The notes under the pieces were generated by a model. The model was not told the origin of the DNA and ran no database searches. It saw only the letters and a program-made list of their open reading frames with translations. Positions 19,373 through 30,640 of a stretch of DNA of 64,000 bases are shown here, one piece after another. The position numbers were made by a program, and so were the translations under genes. Position 1 is the stretch's first letter. Each line of letters starts with the position of its first letter. The stretch is taken from IMG/VR virus record IMGVR_UViG_3300010885_059224, positions 1-64,000 of that record; one strand, 5' to 3'. This stretch comes from a virus. Taxonomy: Duplodnaviria > Caudoviricetes.

Positions 19373-21721
19373 ATGTCTGTAACTCCCTGGGTACCAACAG
19401 TAAAATTAATTCAAGACGGGCAAGAAGTATCTCAGTCTGTGGTGAATGTTCCTATGGAGCAGCTGATCCAGCGAGATCAGCACCTTTTTGATGAATTTGC
19501 AGAACTGCAGAATAAATCTGCATTGATGAGTTTTAATCAGCCTATTCATCCCAGTGATTTAGCGGGGGCAGAGCCCATTTCTGCTGGAAAGCTCGAAGTT
19601 GTTTATTATCGCAAAGATAATTTGGGTGAGGGATTATCAAGAGCGTCCACAGGTTTCTCCACTTCCCCAACCTCAAGTGTTTATCAGCCAAACAATTCTA
19701 ACTACGTGTTTGGTATCCTGAGAGATGTGAAAGCAGGGAATATGGCGGATTGCTACATTCAGGGTATGTGTGAATTCCCTGTTGGAATTGATGATCCATA
19801 CAGCGGTTTAATGGAGTATTCCACAGACCAAAATGGAAACAGGATAAAGCCTGAATTTGTTGTGGGCCCATATTATGTTTCCAGAAAAATGCCTGGTAAG
19901 ATCACTCAGAATCCTGCGGGAATTCCTGTGTATGTCGGATACGCTTTATCCAGAACGGAATTCATACTCCAACCGTCAGTAGATGAGTTTACCCAGTTCT
20001 TTATTAACTATAGGGATAATTTATTAGACCGTCCGGTCTACAAGCCGGCACTCACCAACGGCGGAACTAAATGGACTATTCCAACCCCCAGCGGCAGTCC
20101 CAATAACCCAAATAAGCTGGGTTGGATTGCTGCTACCACTACAAACCTCCCAGGATATGCCATCCCCACGTCTCCAAGCGGGCAGGTAGCTAAATTTTTA
20201 TACTATATCCCAGGTAATCTAACCACAGGACCAGATTCCACAGTACTTAATAGTAATGAGATTTCAGAAGCTGTTGAGTTAGGAAGAAACCTGCCACCAG
20301 TACCAGCAAATTTTGTTGAGCTTGTGGTTAACGGAATCATACAGCGCTATGCAGATGTTTATTCACCAGACGGCATATATTCTATAGATAACTATGGCAT
20401 ATGGTGGTATTCAGACACCCCAGGAACACAACCATGGGCGGAGGATATACTTGCCTTTTCAGCTGATAATGATTGGGATCCTGATGAATGGGAGGCGTAT
20501 AAAGGTAGCTTGTTCCGCAGACCCAGGTTGTTTTTATCTTTTGCAAAGTTTAATCCAGCTCTACGAACGCAGCTAGTTAGTTCTATTGCCCCTTACGATA
20601 TAACTACAAATCCACCAACAGGAACAATCCCTAACAAGAGCAGTAATTTTATTTCGTTCAAACTAAAAAATAATCCAGCAGTATCTTCAGCTACCGGCGA
20701 GCTGCTGGTTAACGTTACTCCACAGTTTGTAAAAACTGGCTACGCGGATTTACCTAGTGTGACTTCTGCAGTATATGTGCCAGGAAGCACAGGGCTAATA
20801 ACTTTTTCCCAGGCCCACGGGTTAGTTGCAGGTAAAAGTTTAATCCTTACAGGATTCTATGATCCAAATTCAAGCTGGAACGGCACTTTTGCGGCTACTA
20901 TAGTCTCATCAACTACCGTAAGTATTTCTGGTCCCACAGCCGATCCCACAACTGTGGGCAATATAGTTATTTCTGGAGGAGCAACACTTGTACCATCCGC
21001 TAGTGGTACAACCACAGCTTATACAGCCGGCAGTGCAGTTGCTGACTTAATATGGGACAATATTCAAGGTAAGTTTATAAAAATCTCAGCACCGTCAGTT
21101 TCAAAGCTGATCGGTACAGGTGGAATAGATGTCTCCCCTGTTACAAGTCAACCTGGAACATACACAGTTTCATATCTATCTAACGGTGTTTACGGGCTTG
21201 TAGATTCTATAGAGCCAGTTAATTCGAGGTTAGAATTCAGAGGGCTTAATTCTTATATTAAGCTACCTTATAATAATCCTGTTACTGTTCCTTATGGCTT
21301 GATAGGTAAGGTAGTCCTTGTGAAAGACGCAATAGATAATGCTCCTCTTAATTTGGTACTGCAGGTTTTTGGTACATCAACGTATAGCTCAGGTTCACCA
21401 AACGTAGCTATATCTGTTAGTTTTGAATATGCTGCGACTTCAGCAAAAAATGGTAGTGCCCCTACGGCAGTAGCAAACCTTAATAATACTGTTAGCCTTT
21501 CCTCTGCATCAACGTCCAGAGTTACATTGAACATGCCAGCTACTGGGTACACGGCGTATTCACCAATAAATCTCACCGGTCCACTCACAATCCCCGCCCA
21601 GTATATCGGAAAAGATACTGTGGTGAATTTCAAAATAACCAGAAATCTCACAGGTTCGGGAAATGACTATACTGGGGATGTTGGGATTTTAGGAATTTAC
21701 TGGGGAATAACTAACTCTTAG
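19373..21721 (+). CDS. Tail fibre-like structural protein
   Basis: N-terminal I.DG..V....N.P..QL..R...L fibre-anchor pattern; internal HGL..G beta-domain. Confidence 0.5.
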   Translation: MSVTPWVPTVKLIQDGQEVSQSVVNVPMEQLIQRDQHLFDEFAELQNKSALMSFNQPIHPSDLAGAEPISAGKLEVVYYRKDNLGEGLSRASTGFSTSPTSSVYQPNNSNYVFGILRDVKAGNMADCYIQGMCEFPVGIDDPYSGLMEYSTDQNGNRIKPEFVVGPYYVSRKMPGKITQNPAGIPVYVGYALSRTEFILQPSVDEFTQFFINYRDNLLDRPVYKPALTNGGTKWTIPTPSGSPNNPNKLGWIAATTTNLPGYAIPTSPSGQVAKFLYYIPGNLTTGPDSTVLNSNEISEAVELGRNLPPVPANFVELVVNGIIQRYADVYSPDGIYSIDNYGIWWYSDTPGTQPWAEDILAFSADNDWDPDEWEAYKGSLFRRPRLFLSFAKFNPALRTQLVSSIAPYDITTNPPTGTIPNKSSNFISFKLKNNPAVSSATGELLVNVTPQFVKTGYADLPSVTSAVYVPGSTGLITFSQAHGLVAGKSLILTGFYDPNSSWNGTFAATIVSSTTVSISGPTADPTTVGNIVISGGATLVPSASGTTTAYTAGSAVADLIWDNIQGKFIKISAPSVSKLIGTGGIDVSPVTSQPGTYTVSYLSNGVYGLVDSIEPVNSRLEFRGLNSYIKLPYNNPVTVPYGLIGKVVLVKDAIDNAPLNLVLQVFGTSTYSSGSPNVAISVSFEYAATSAKNGSAPTAVANLNNTVSLSSASTSRVTLNMPATGYTAYSPINLTGPLTIPAQYIGKDTVVNFKITRNLTGSGNDYTGDVGILGIYWGITNS

Positions 21722-21723
21722 CC

Positions 21724-22620
21724 ATGCCCTGGGTTGACTCTCTAGACTATCTAAATTTAAACTCACTACGCAGATACCCAATAAGAGAAGGTACTAGCGC
21801 AGTGAGTGTGGACGGGCTTTTTCAAATCCCAGATACACTGATATTAGACCTTTCATTATCTGCTAGTGGTAATGCTGATGAAAGGTTCTATATATCAGCA
21901 TTCACTAATAACTTGTTTTCCTGCACTATACAGATGGCAGAATACTTAACAGGAGAAGTGGCTGGGAGTTTCTTTGTAGACTTTAATACCCACAAATTAA
22001 ACGATACATACTATTTAAACGGTATCGGTGTCTACTCCGGTGCAACTGGTAAGGTCACAATAGGCTCCCCAGACGATTTACAATTACAGCCTGCTGGGCA
22101 ATTTTTATTTTTAAACACTAGTACAGAGGTGGAGCCGAAAGTAGTTGTTCCGGGGCTTATGGGGGTTAGCTCAATCACTTATATAGATGCAGAAGGAACT
22201 AGTGCTACTCTTACTGGCGACGTAACAATGAACGCCAGGACAAATACAATATTTACATATAACCAAACTTTAAACAGCATAGCAATTGATGTTGGTGACA
22301 ACCTGGGGCTTAACCAAATCTGCACAAAAACTAATTGTATACAAAAGATTAATGGTGTCACCCCAGACCCATCTACCGGTAATATCTCCCTAATAGGTGT
22401 AGATTGCATACAGATTGCCAGCAGTAGCGCATACACATTACAATTTAACGACTCTTGCTGTACCCCGTGCTCAGGCTGCTCAGATTTATCCACACTAACA
22501 ACTCGTTTAACCAGCTTAGAAAATAGTTTCATTGATCTTAAGAACTATTATAATACATTAAATGGGCAGCTGGTCAGTTACTTAACAACCGTTAATTCTA
22601 GCTGCTCATGCGGAAGTTAA
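21724..22620 (+). CDS. NxN..YP-family structural protein 1 (Cys-rich C-terminus)
   Basis: YLNLNSLRRYP N-terminus; CIQKINGVTPD, SCCTPCSGC, then a coiled-coil-like segment. Confidence 0.5.
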   Translation: MPWVDSLDYLNLNSLRRYPIREGTSAVSVDGLFQIPDTLILDLSLSASGNADERFYISAFTNNLFSCTIQMAEYLTGEVAGSFFVDFNTHKLNDTYYLNGIGVYSGATGKVTIGSPDDLQLQPAGQFLFLNTSTEVEPKVVVPGLMGVSSITYIDAEGTSATLTGDVTMNARTNTIFTYNQTLNSIAIDVGDNLGLNQICTKTNCIQKINGVTPDPSTGNISLIGVDCIQIASSSAYTLQFNDSCCTPCSGCSDLSTLTTRLTSLENSFIDLKNYYNTLNGQLVSYLTTVNSSCSCGS

Positions 22621-22632
22621 AATTACCGGCAT

Positions 22633-25600
22633 ATGTCAGCTCTAGAATACTTAAGTAATAATGCTTTAAACAGCTACCCATTTAAAGATGGTAGGGAGGC
22701 TAATCCTGATCTTCCTATCCCAAACGACGCATTTCTTGATGCACTGTTTATAACCAGCAACCACAGCATAAAGAGGGTATACATATCTAGAATAACGCAA
22801 GTTCAAGGAAATATAAGTATAGAATTATCTGAAGTAACATCTGGCGTCATTGGTACATTAGACTTTAAATTATCGGATGCAGTAAGTCATCTTAACAACC
22901 AAGATAAAAGTTTTATAGCTGGTTCTGGTACAGCTTGGGTTATAAAGCTGGTATTCGGTCCAGGGATATCATTTTTAAAAGGGAACAGAGCACCTGTAAC
23001 ATACACACCCCAGCAAACAGAGCTACTATCTTCTATATTACAAAACTATCCAAGAACAGTAACATCGCTTAAATTTCAATCTTACACACCGCAAGGAGCT
23101 ATATCAACTCAGGAGTTAACCGAAGTTCACAAGTACATAGCTGGAGACATTGTGCATATCGCAAATGGGGCGAATAATGAATTTAGTACAGGCACCGGAT
23201 CCGTGATGTACATAGACATTGACAGGGGTAAAGGAAAAGGGTTATGGGATCCTTGCAGCACAGGCCAGATAAAAAATATTTATTCAGTTAACGAGATAAT
23301 ACCAAGTAGCGTTGGAGAATTTTTTATTAACGCTGACGATTGTTATTCCGTAAAATTACTGTCGGCCAGTGAGCTTTCAGACCTAGGCAGCTCCACAAGC
23401 TCACCGACACATATAAAAACAGCAACAAACTATGCAAACTTTTCAACGCCCATAACACCAAAAGCAATACTTTCCGGTCTTATGGACTACGTTGGTCATT
23501 CTGCGGTCGCACAAAACTCAGTTAATGTAAGTTTCACAAGCCCAGAAATTGGGGATTTGATATCTGAAAACCCAGAAAACTACAGAATTATATTTAATGG
23601 TGGGTACATAGCAGAAAAAATAACAGGAGCTACAGGGGCGTATACACCAGGAGCAGTGTGGGCTATAACTGGTGTTTGGCCAGCCAACACCACTGGGGCT
23701 CCATTTTCAATCCAGCAAAAAAAAGTTTCCTTTAACGCCATAAGCGCGGCAGCCGGCGGCCATGGCTTTATGATGAGTAATAGCTGCTCTGCAAAATGCC
23801 CCCCAGAGAATATAAATGCCTTTGCAAAATATATGAACAGGGTAACAGATGGCGCCGCTGAACTTTATAAGATAGTTAATAACAATAGTCAAACATACGG
23901 TACCGGCAATATTGACGGAGCCCCTTTCTCTTCTGATAGCTTTAATGGAGTTATAAATAGCGCCTATTTTAAAGCGTATAATTTTTGTCAGGAGCCTGGG
24001 AGCTCAAGACCAATATCTTGCAACGCCAGCTTTAAAAAATATTTTCACGAGGGTAGAGATATAAAAATCACAAAAGGAAGGGATAATTATATATTTCAAA
24101 TAAAAAAAGTTTTATCGTCTACACGCATTATAATATCCCCCGCGATTCAAACTCCCGATATTTTTTCAGCGTTATGTGATATATTAAACACGCCTGGCAC
24201 ATATTATTCTTTTTCTGTGCTAGACTATGGTATAAAAAACTCATTAAACGACGCTATTATTAATAAGAATAATAAAGTTGCTACACAAAACACACCTTAT
24301 ATAGATTTGAATTACGGTACTGTGGAGGCGTACAACACAGCACGAGATTACGGAACTTTCATTACCTCCGTAATTGTTATCTATAACCCATCTGCAACTT
24401 CAATAACTTACAGTATCAGCGCAACGGTATTAGGCTTAGCTTCATTGGTTGGAACATCTGTAAAAATAAAAACAAGCAAGGGAGATATAAGTTATGGTGC
24501 CACCACAGGTACAATAGATTGCCAAGATTATAATATTTATGAATCAATATATTTTATACCTTGCTCTCCTTCTGAGCATAATTTAAGCGCTGGTGGGGTA
24601 CAATTCGAGGTGAATAATACAACACATACACCTCACGTACCAATACCCTATTACATTAACGGAGCCATAACAGCCCCATCAATTCCTCACTCCGAAAGCA
24701 GTACTGAATTAATTGCTGCCTTATGTGTATCTACCACGGTAGTCGAAGATTCTATTACCGCGACTCAAGGTAAAGCATTTGAATATAATATAACGCTTCT
24801 CGGCAACGCAACTGATGTTAAAGTTGCCGGTGATTTACCCAGCTGGATAACCCTCAGTCACACCACTACCCCTGGAGATCCTGTGATAAATAACTGGAAA
24901 TTATCTGCAACAAATCCTGACGGGATATCCAACAAAACGTATAATATTACTATATCTGGCTCCGGAGATACTCCAGTAGCTGCGATTAGTTTACATTTAC
25001 AATATATAGCAAAACCAGTGCTAAGTTACCCAGTGGACGATACCGCCGCTGGAAGGGCTCCATTTTCTTACGTTTTACATATATACCCCCCCGACGGTGG
25101 ACCCAAAATAAAAACTACCAGGCAATTCACTCAGGGTGCGCCATTAATGGCAATTCTTGCATCTAACAGCCCAACCAGTTACTCGATAACAGGATCTATC
25201 CCCAATGGACTAACTGTTTCAGGTCGCGGGCTGATAGGTAAAATTAGTCTTCCGGAGTCCACAACTTATCCTGCGGTTTATAATCTTACACTTTCCGCCA
25301 CCAATTCTGCAGGTACTTCCAAGACGGCTACAGTTGCATTAACTATACATGACGTAGGTATAACTACTCCTTGGGCGATAACAAATACATTATTTAATTA
25401 TTCTATTATAACCGCGGGTGACGTTATATCCCAGACGCTGATTTCAATAATTCCCGACTGGTTAACTTTTGATGGTGCAATCAATCTTTCTAGTACTTCT
25501 AAGCCAAAAGCTAATTTTTCTGGAACATATACTGGAGCGGACACAACAACTATTTCCGCGGTTGTCAGGCAAAATTTAATAAACGGAGGTTATAGACTTA

Positions 25601-28371
25601 TTGAATATAATATACCTGCCAAAGCATTGCCGTATATTACTTACCCAGTTACAGGCAGCACAATCGATGTATATTCTCCAGATTTCCAAGATTATTACGG
25701 TAATACCACTACGTTTACAACAACCAACCCATTTTTAATCGTTTTAGCTAAAAATAATCCAACAAATTTTAATGCTGTGGGACTGCCTACAGGACTCACA
25801 ATCAACCGCGATGGAAAAATAATAGGAAAGATTACATCTGCACCAGCAGGCATATACGTTGTCACAATCTATGCTATCAACGCACTAGGCAACTCTCAAA
25901 GTATAACAATAAACATAAAACTCTCTACCGCGGTAGAAGAAATACCTGCATTCCAGGGTGACTCGTTTTGTTATAAATTTCCAGCTTTGAATAGCTTAAT
26001 TAATGTTGAAGGCTGCTCATTCACAGTAACCGGCCGAGATGCAGCTAACCCAGCTCCAACTTGGCTTGGAGTAAGCAAAAGTATAAATTCTTCTTGTCAC
26101 CTTTATTACTCTGGGGGAGATCCTGGCTTATCTACTGGTACAACAAGTTTAATCTTATTAACGATAAACAATAACGATGTAATATCTCGGCGTTATTTTA
26201 ATGTAACCTACTCTCCTATACCTAACATCTTCGGCCCTCAAAGATCTAATATTTGGCAGGTGGCGTATACGAACTACAAAAATAATGTTTATACCACCGA
26301 ATTACCGTTAGCTAAAATAGAAGCCAGTCATTCTCCTACAAGTTATTCTGCTACGGGTTTGCCGTCTAGTTTGAGTATAGACTCAGCCGGTAATATTGTG
26401 GGCAGTTTAACCGTGCCGCCTGGTAACTACTATTTTACCATTTATGCAACCAATGAAGCTGGAAGAAGTGAAGGTGTTCAGTTCCAACTAAATGTTAGTT
26501 CTTCTCCCATTGAATATACAATATACAATAAAATAGAATTCAGTCTTTATGCGTTTGGACCAGCTAATTCTTCATATTCATATTCAGGAACGCTTCCACC
26601 AGGGCTAACTTTTTACCCAACAACTCGTCCAATATACGGAGATTTGATAGTGGGTTATGTAAATTTAACTAGCGATGCTTCATACCCAATAGACATAACT
26701 GTTCACAATGGAACCAGCAGCCTAAAATATTCATTTCTTTTAATTTATGATTCTAATGCATTAACTATTACTAATAGCGGAACGGTATATCCAATAGTAA
26801 TACCTGACTACGGTTTACGGAAATATACCAATAGCTCGCCATTACTCACCATAACCACAAATGTTCCAGCTACGTACTTTTACGGTAGTGGATTACCGCC
26901 AAGCCTAACTATTGATGCATCTACTGGGTGCATCATTGGTGGGCCTGTTACTACTGAGGGGTATTATACCGCCACGATCACGGCAAAAAATTCGAAATAT
27001 ACAGCCACTGCAGAATATTTTTTCAATGTGGAGAATAACGTAACCCGTTACCAGGCTGTGCACGGTGAGCCTGTATGTATACCGATAACAGCAGGTGTAT
27101 ACAACTATATTCTAAGTGCTGGTATTACCTCCGGATATTTACCTGGGGGACTCTCACTAAACGGACAGTCAGGTGTAGATTGTGGAATTTATGGTTATGT
27201 TTCACAGGGCGCCCCCTCAGGAACATCTGTAGTGACTATACGTAATAATTATATTGGTGGCTCCTTTAACCAAAATATTGCTATAAGTTACGTAGGAATA
27301 CCTACAATAACAAGTATTGAAGTTGGCTCTACCCCAACCACAAGCACTAGTAGAGTTAACAGTTTTAAATTTAAGCCGTCTAGATATAATTCATACGGAC
27401 CATACACTAAAGAAAACCCACTACTCACCGTAGTGGCCACAAATTCTCCAACGTCATTCATATATTCAGGATTACCAAGCAATTTAAGCATAGACAACTA
27501 CGGAAACGTTGTAGGCATCCCATCCATTGTTGAGACAGACGCGTTGTATTACGTATATGTTGTTGCGGTAAACTCCGTTGGTCGTTCGGGAGAGTATTTA
27601 TTTACGATCGATTTAACAAAAACAAGCCCAAGTATAAACTGGCAATCTCCAGGAGTATTGCTCTTTAGAGATACCGCGGAAAATGGAGATATATTCACCG
27701 CAACAGAAGGACATACCCCGCCGTATAGTGGAACTTTTGTATACTCAATTGCTCCTACAGATAGGTTTGATATAGGCTCGCAAAATTTAAGTATCACTTT
27801 TAATCCAACCAACAGAGCAGACTATTCCTCTCTAAGCAAAACGTTCTTCTATAACGTATCACCCGCCGGGTTTAGAATAGTGTGGAATCCTGTCATATCT
27901 ACGCTAACAAACACGGAATCTATAGACAGCAGGATTCTGAATGCTTATGTTGTTTTAAATACGGACCCATCGTATCACCCGCAGGGTAGCTTTGAGTATA
28001 CTATCTATGCATCTAGTGGAGCTACTGGCGTTTCGGCAAGTAATTATTCTCTCGATATGGGTAGCCCGGACATTCCAATTGATACAGTGGAGGGAGTGGT
28101 TATACGTCTTAAATTCACTCCAAACATATCCACACGGTGGGAGCAGCTCCCGCAGTATGACTACAGAAATGTATTTTTCAAGAAGGTGAACCAGCCATCA
28201 GACTGGACTCCAACACCTACACCTGAGCCTACACCTGAGCCTACACCTGAGCCTACACCTGAGCCTACCCCTGAACCTACACCTGAACCTACACCTGAAC
28301 CTGAACCTACACCTGAACCTACACCTGAACCTGAACCTACACCAGATCCTGATCCTGGTATGGGCGAATAG
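22633..28371 (+). CDS. Giant NxN..YP-family fibre/adhesin with repeated putative-Ig domains
   Basis: YLSNNALNSYP N-terminus; repeated (A/S)xGLPxxLxI(D/N)xxGxI(I/V)G units; C-terminal PTPE tract. Confidence 0.6.
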   Translation: MSALEYLSNNALNSYPFKDGREANPDLPIPNDAFLDALFITSNHSIKRVYISRITQVQGNISIELSEVTSGVIGTLDFKLSDAVSHLNNQDKSFIAGSGTAWVIKLVFGPGISFLKGNRAPVTYTPQQTELLSSILQNYPRTVTSLKFQSYTPQGAISTQELTEVHKYIAGDIVHIANGANNEFSTGTGSVMYIDIDRGKGKGLWDPCSTGQIKNIYSVNEIIPSSVGEFFINADDCYSVKLLSASELSDLGSSTSSPTHIKTATNYANFSTPITPKAILSGLMDYVGHSAVAQNSVNVSFTSPEIGDLISENPENYRIIFNGGYIAEKITGATGAYTPGAVWAITGVWPANTTGAPFSIQQKKVSFNAISAAAGGHGFMMSNSCSAKCPPENINAFAKYMNRVTDGAAELYKIVNNNSQTYGTGNIDGAPFSSDSFNGVINSAYFKAYNFCQEPGSSRPISCNASFKKYFHEGRDIKITKGRDNYIFQIKKVLSSTRIIISPAIQTPDIFSALCDILNTPGTYYSFSVLDYGIKNSLNDAIINKNNKVATQNTPYIDLNYGTVEAYNTARDYGTFITSVIVIYNPSATSITYSISATVLGLASLVGTSVKIKTSKGDISYGATTGTIDCQDYNIYESIYFIPCSPSEHNLSAGGVQFEVNNTTHTPHVPIPYYINGAITAPSIPHSESSTELIAALCVSTTVVEDSITATQGKAFEYNITLLGNATDVKVAGDLPSWITLSHTTTPGDPVINNWKLSATNPDGISNKTYNITISGSGDTPVAAISLHLQYIAKPVLSYPVDDTAAGRAPFSYVLHIYPPDGGPKIKTTRQFTQGAPLMAILASNSPTSYSITGSIPNGLTVSGRGLIGKISLPESTTYPAVYNLTLSATNSAGTSKTATVALTIHDVGITTPWAITNTLFNYSIITAGDVISQTLISIIPDWLTFDGAINLSSTSKPKANFSGTYTGADTTTISAVVRQNLINGGYRLIEYNIPAKALPYITYPVTGSTIDVYSPDFQDYYGNTTTFTTTNPFLIVLAKNNPTNFNAVGLPTGLTINRDGKIIGKITSAPAGIYVVTIYAINALGNSQSITINIKLSTAVEEIPAFQGDSFCYKFPALNSLINVEGCSFTVTGRDAANPAPTWLGVSKSINSSCHLYYSGGDPGLSTGTTSLILLTINNNDVISRRYFNVTYSPIPNIFGPQRSNIWQVAYTNYKNNVYTTELPLAKIEASHSPTSYSATGLPSSLSIDSAGNIVGSLTVPPGNYYFTIYATNEAGRSEGVQFQLNVSSSPIEYTIYNKIEFSLYAFGPANSSYSYSGTLPPGLTFYPTTRPIYGDLIVGYVNLTSDASYPIDITVHNGTSSLKYSFLLIYDSNALTITNSGTVYPIVIPDYGLRKYTNSSPLLTITTNVPATYFYGSGLPPSLTIDASTGCIIGGPVTTEGYYTATITAKNSKYTATAEYFFNVENNVTRYQAVHGEPVCIPITAGVYNYILSAGITSGYLPGGLSLNGQSGVDCGIYGYVSQGAPSGTSVVTIRNNYIGGSFNQNIAISYVGIPTITSIEVGSTPTTSTSRVNSFKFKPSRYNSYGPYTKENPLLTVVATNSPTSFIYSGLPSNLSIDNYGNVVGIPSIVETDALYYVYVVAVNSVGRSGEYLFTIDLTKTSPSINWQSPGVLLFRDTAENGDIFTATEGHTPPYSGTFVYSIAPTDRFDIGSQNLSITFNPTNRADYSSLSKTFFYNVSPAGFRIVWNPVISTLTNTESIDSRILNAYVVLNTDPSYHPQGSFEYTIYASSGATGVSASNYSLDMGSPDIPIDTVEGVVIRLKFTPNISTRWEQLPQYDYRNVFFKKVNQPSDWTPTPTPEPTPEPTPEPTPEPTPEPTPEPTPEPEPTPEPTPEPEPTPDPDPGMGE
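28216..28344 (+). repeat. Coding tandem repeat CCTACACCTGA(G/A) encoding PTPE
   Basis: About ten 12-bp units with two 6-bp CCTGAA insertions. Confidence 0.95.
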
Positions 28372-28429
28372 TTAATATTAACGAGTTAATTATGGTATAT
28401 TTTAATTAAATGTGTAAATATCAAATACT

Positions 28430-29869
28430 ATGGCCATCAGTACACTAAATTTTTTAAATAAGAACCAGTTTAGGAGTTACCCACTCAAGGCCGGCAGCTC
28501 TTTAACTTCTATAGATGGCAAAATTATAAGCGACGAATTATTTGTGGGAGCAAGCATCACGACCACGATCAATAGAAAAAACCTGTTCATTAAGCAGGTA
28601 TACATAAATGGTGCGGAAATAAGAGTTACCATAGCGGCAGTCCTACAAAATTCAAATTTTGAAACACTTGGAATATGCTATGGAACCATAGAGTCAGACT
28701 TTACGGTTTTAAAACTAACTGAAACTGCTATGTTCACGAGCGGTACGCTTATAGTAGGCACATTAGACTCTGTTATTTCTCACTCTGGAGTTTATACATT
28801 CGATAACACTAGCGCCAACTTCGAAGAGTCTGTCGTTTTTTATTATACGCCGCCCCCAGTAAAAAGTTTACACTGTAAAGGAATTTCCCTGCGAGGAAAT
28901 GTTAAGTTTGGGGTTTTGTCTAATCTTATAAAATCAAGAATAGAAGGCTCCAATAAAATTAATTTTGGTGTTATATCCTCCGCTAGTGTTAATAGTTTGG
29001 CGGATAAATCTTCGGTATTTAATAATTGCCCAACACCAATAATAAGATATATAGATGGAGCAATACCGTTCTATCAGGCAGCTGATTCTGTGGATGCTCA
29101 TAACTCCCCCAATTATCTTCCAGCTCTACAAGGTAATTTGTTTATGGTGGGCGTTTCCCCGCTATCATTTAAAAATCAACAAAATCTCAGTTCGTCACTG
29201 GGGCTAGTCGATATCGGTGGTATAAGCACAGAGGCAAAATCCATTACTAACGGCTCACCTATCACGCTTAATACTTTATGTAGTGCTAGAAACGCTGTAC
29301 TTCCGCCAGTGGCGCCTATGTATATAAATAATGGCTTACTGGACGGATCATCCCCAGCAGCAGATGGAATTTCAAGTTATTATACTAAATCTAGTTACTA
29401 CCCTAGTAATTTTTACTCTGTTGTAGACCCCGAGTTTACCTGGTGGCCTCAATTTTTTACTTATAGTAGTATTGCACCAGCCACCCCGATTACCGCGAAT
29501 ATTGGAGCTACTGGATTAATAGGCGTGGTGACACTCCCAGCAGAAACCGTGGTTAAAAAATACTCAATAGCTGTGGTTTTTGTGAATACTGGAGTAGCCA
29601 CGTTAGACTTAACTTTGGTACTTACTAGAAAAGCTCAAGATGGCACCACGACCACATCCAAGCCGGAGGGTTTTCATAACATCATAGTTAATCCAAACAG
29701 CTCCATAATCGTGAGAACAGTTAACGACAGCAACTATCCAAGACATGAAATAACTGGATCTGGCTATCCAATACCGATGGAGATTGCCACAGGTGATACA
29801 TTTTATGTATATTTTAATAATGTATCAGGAGGGGTCTCAACCCTACAACCATACCTATACTATAGATAA
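28430..29869 (+). CDS. NxN..YP-family structural protein 3
   Basis: FLNKNQFRSYP N-terminus; CPTPIIRYIDGAIP. Confidence 0.5.
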   Translation: MAISTLNFLNKNQFRSYPLKAGSSLTSIDGKIISDELFVGASITTTINRKNLFIKQVYINGAEIRVTIAAVLQNSNFETLGICYGTIESDFTVLKLTETAMFTSGTLIVGTLDSVISHSGVYTFDNTSANFEESVVFYYTPPPVKSLHCKGISLRGNVKFGVLSNLIKSRIEGSNKINFGVISSASVNSLADKSSVFNNCPTPIIRYIDGAIPFYQAADSVDAHNSPNYLPALQGNLFMVGVSPLSFKNQQNLSSSLGLVDIGGISTEAKSITNGSPITLNTLCSARNAVLPPVAPMYINNGLLDGSSPAADGISSYYTKSSYYPSNFYSVVDPEFTWWPQFFTYSSIAPATPITANIGATGLIGVVTLPAETVVKKYSIAVVFVNTGVATLDLTLVLTRKAQDGTTTTSKPEGFHNIIVNPNSSIIVRTVNDSNYPRHEITGSGYPIPMEIATGDTFYVYFNNVSGGVSTLQPYLYYR

Positions 29870-29871
29870 CA

Positions 29872-30639
29872 ATGTCATCATATACCGTACTATCTTGGCA
29901 GAATGAAAATGGGCTAACCAATTACCCATTTTCTAGCCCTATGCAAATAAATGATTTGGTTGTAGATGCTTCATTTATTCAGTTCGATAATTATACACCA
30001 ATATTGAACAGCATTCTTGTAGGTAGAGACTACATGGAGTTTAGAATAACTTTTGATAACGGTGTAGTTTTGGCTAAGTATCTTAAAACATCGTACGACT
30101 CCGGGCTTAGGAATCTTAGATTTTATGACTATGGTGGAAATAGGTATCTTGGTTGTTTGACAATTGGTGAAGGTGCTGTAACTGCATGGACTAGCTATGT
30201 TGGAGAAAACTTGATTATTTCACTTCCATTTGTTGCGACAACAGTGCGAAGCATACCATTGAACGACGCGGTGTATAAGCTAGATAATTCCTATGGTACC
30301 TTGGTTTTAGGTGCAAACCAAGATATAGCGGATAGCTTTATACAGGTAGGTAATCTTGTGTACCAAAAATCTGCCGGAGGTAATACTGTTTTTTATAACA
30401 CTTCGGTATCCCCGGCAGCGATTACATTTAACGCTGTAGGTAATAGCTCTATATCCGCCAGTAATAAAACCCACCCTTTAAAACAGATCAATCTTACTAA
30501 ACCTATAGATAACAATATTACGTTAAACGGAAATGACATTGTTAAATTTAAGTCTATAAACAATCAAAATTTATCTATATATGTTACCGGCAGCGGAATA
30601 TCAAATTCTAGCCCATTATTAACAACATTAGCCTTATAA
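29872..30639 (+). CDS. NxN..YP-family structural protein 4
   Basis: WQNENGLTNYP N-terminus; LKQINLTKP. Confidence 0.5.
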   Translation: MSSYTVLSWQNENGLTNYPFSSPMQINDLVVDASFIQFDNYTPILNSILVGRDYMEFRITFDNGVVLAKYLKTSYDSGLRNLRFYDYGGNRYLGCLTIGEGAVTAWTSYVGENLIISLPFVATTVRSIPLNDAVYKLDNSYGTLVLGANQDIADSFIQVGNLVYQKSAGGNTVFYNTSVSPAAITFNAVGNSSISASNKTHPLKQINLTKPIDNNITLNGNDIVKFKSINNQNLSIYVTGSGISNSSPLLTTLAL

Positions 30640-30640
30640 T

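Noticed and set aside
28216-28344. Possible CRISPR array
   Set aside because: Contiguous 12-bp coding repeat with no spacers; no cas genes in the window
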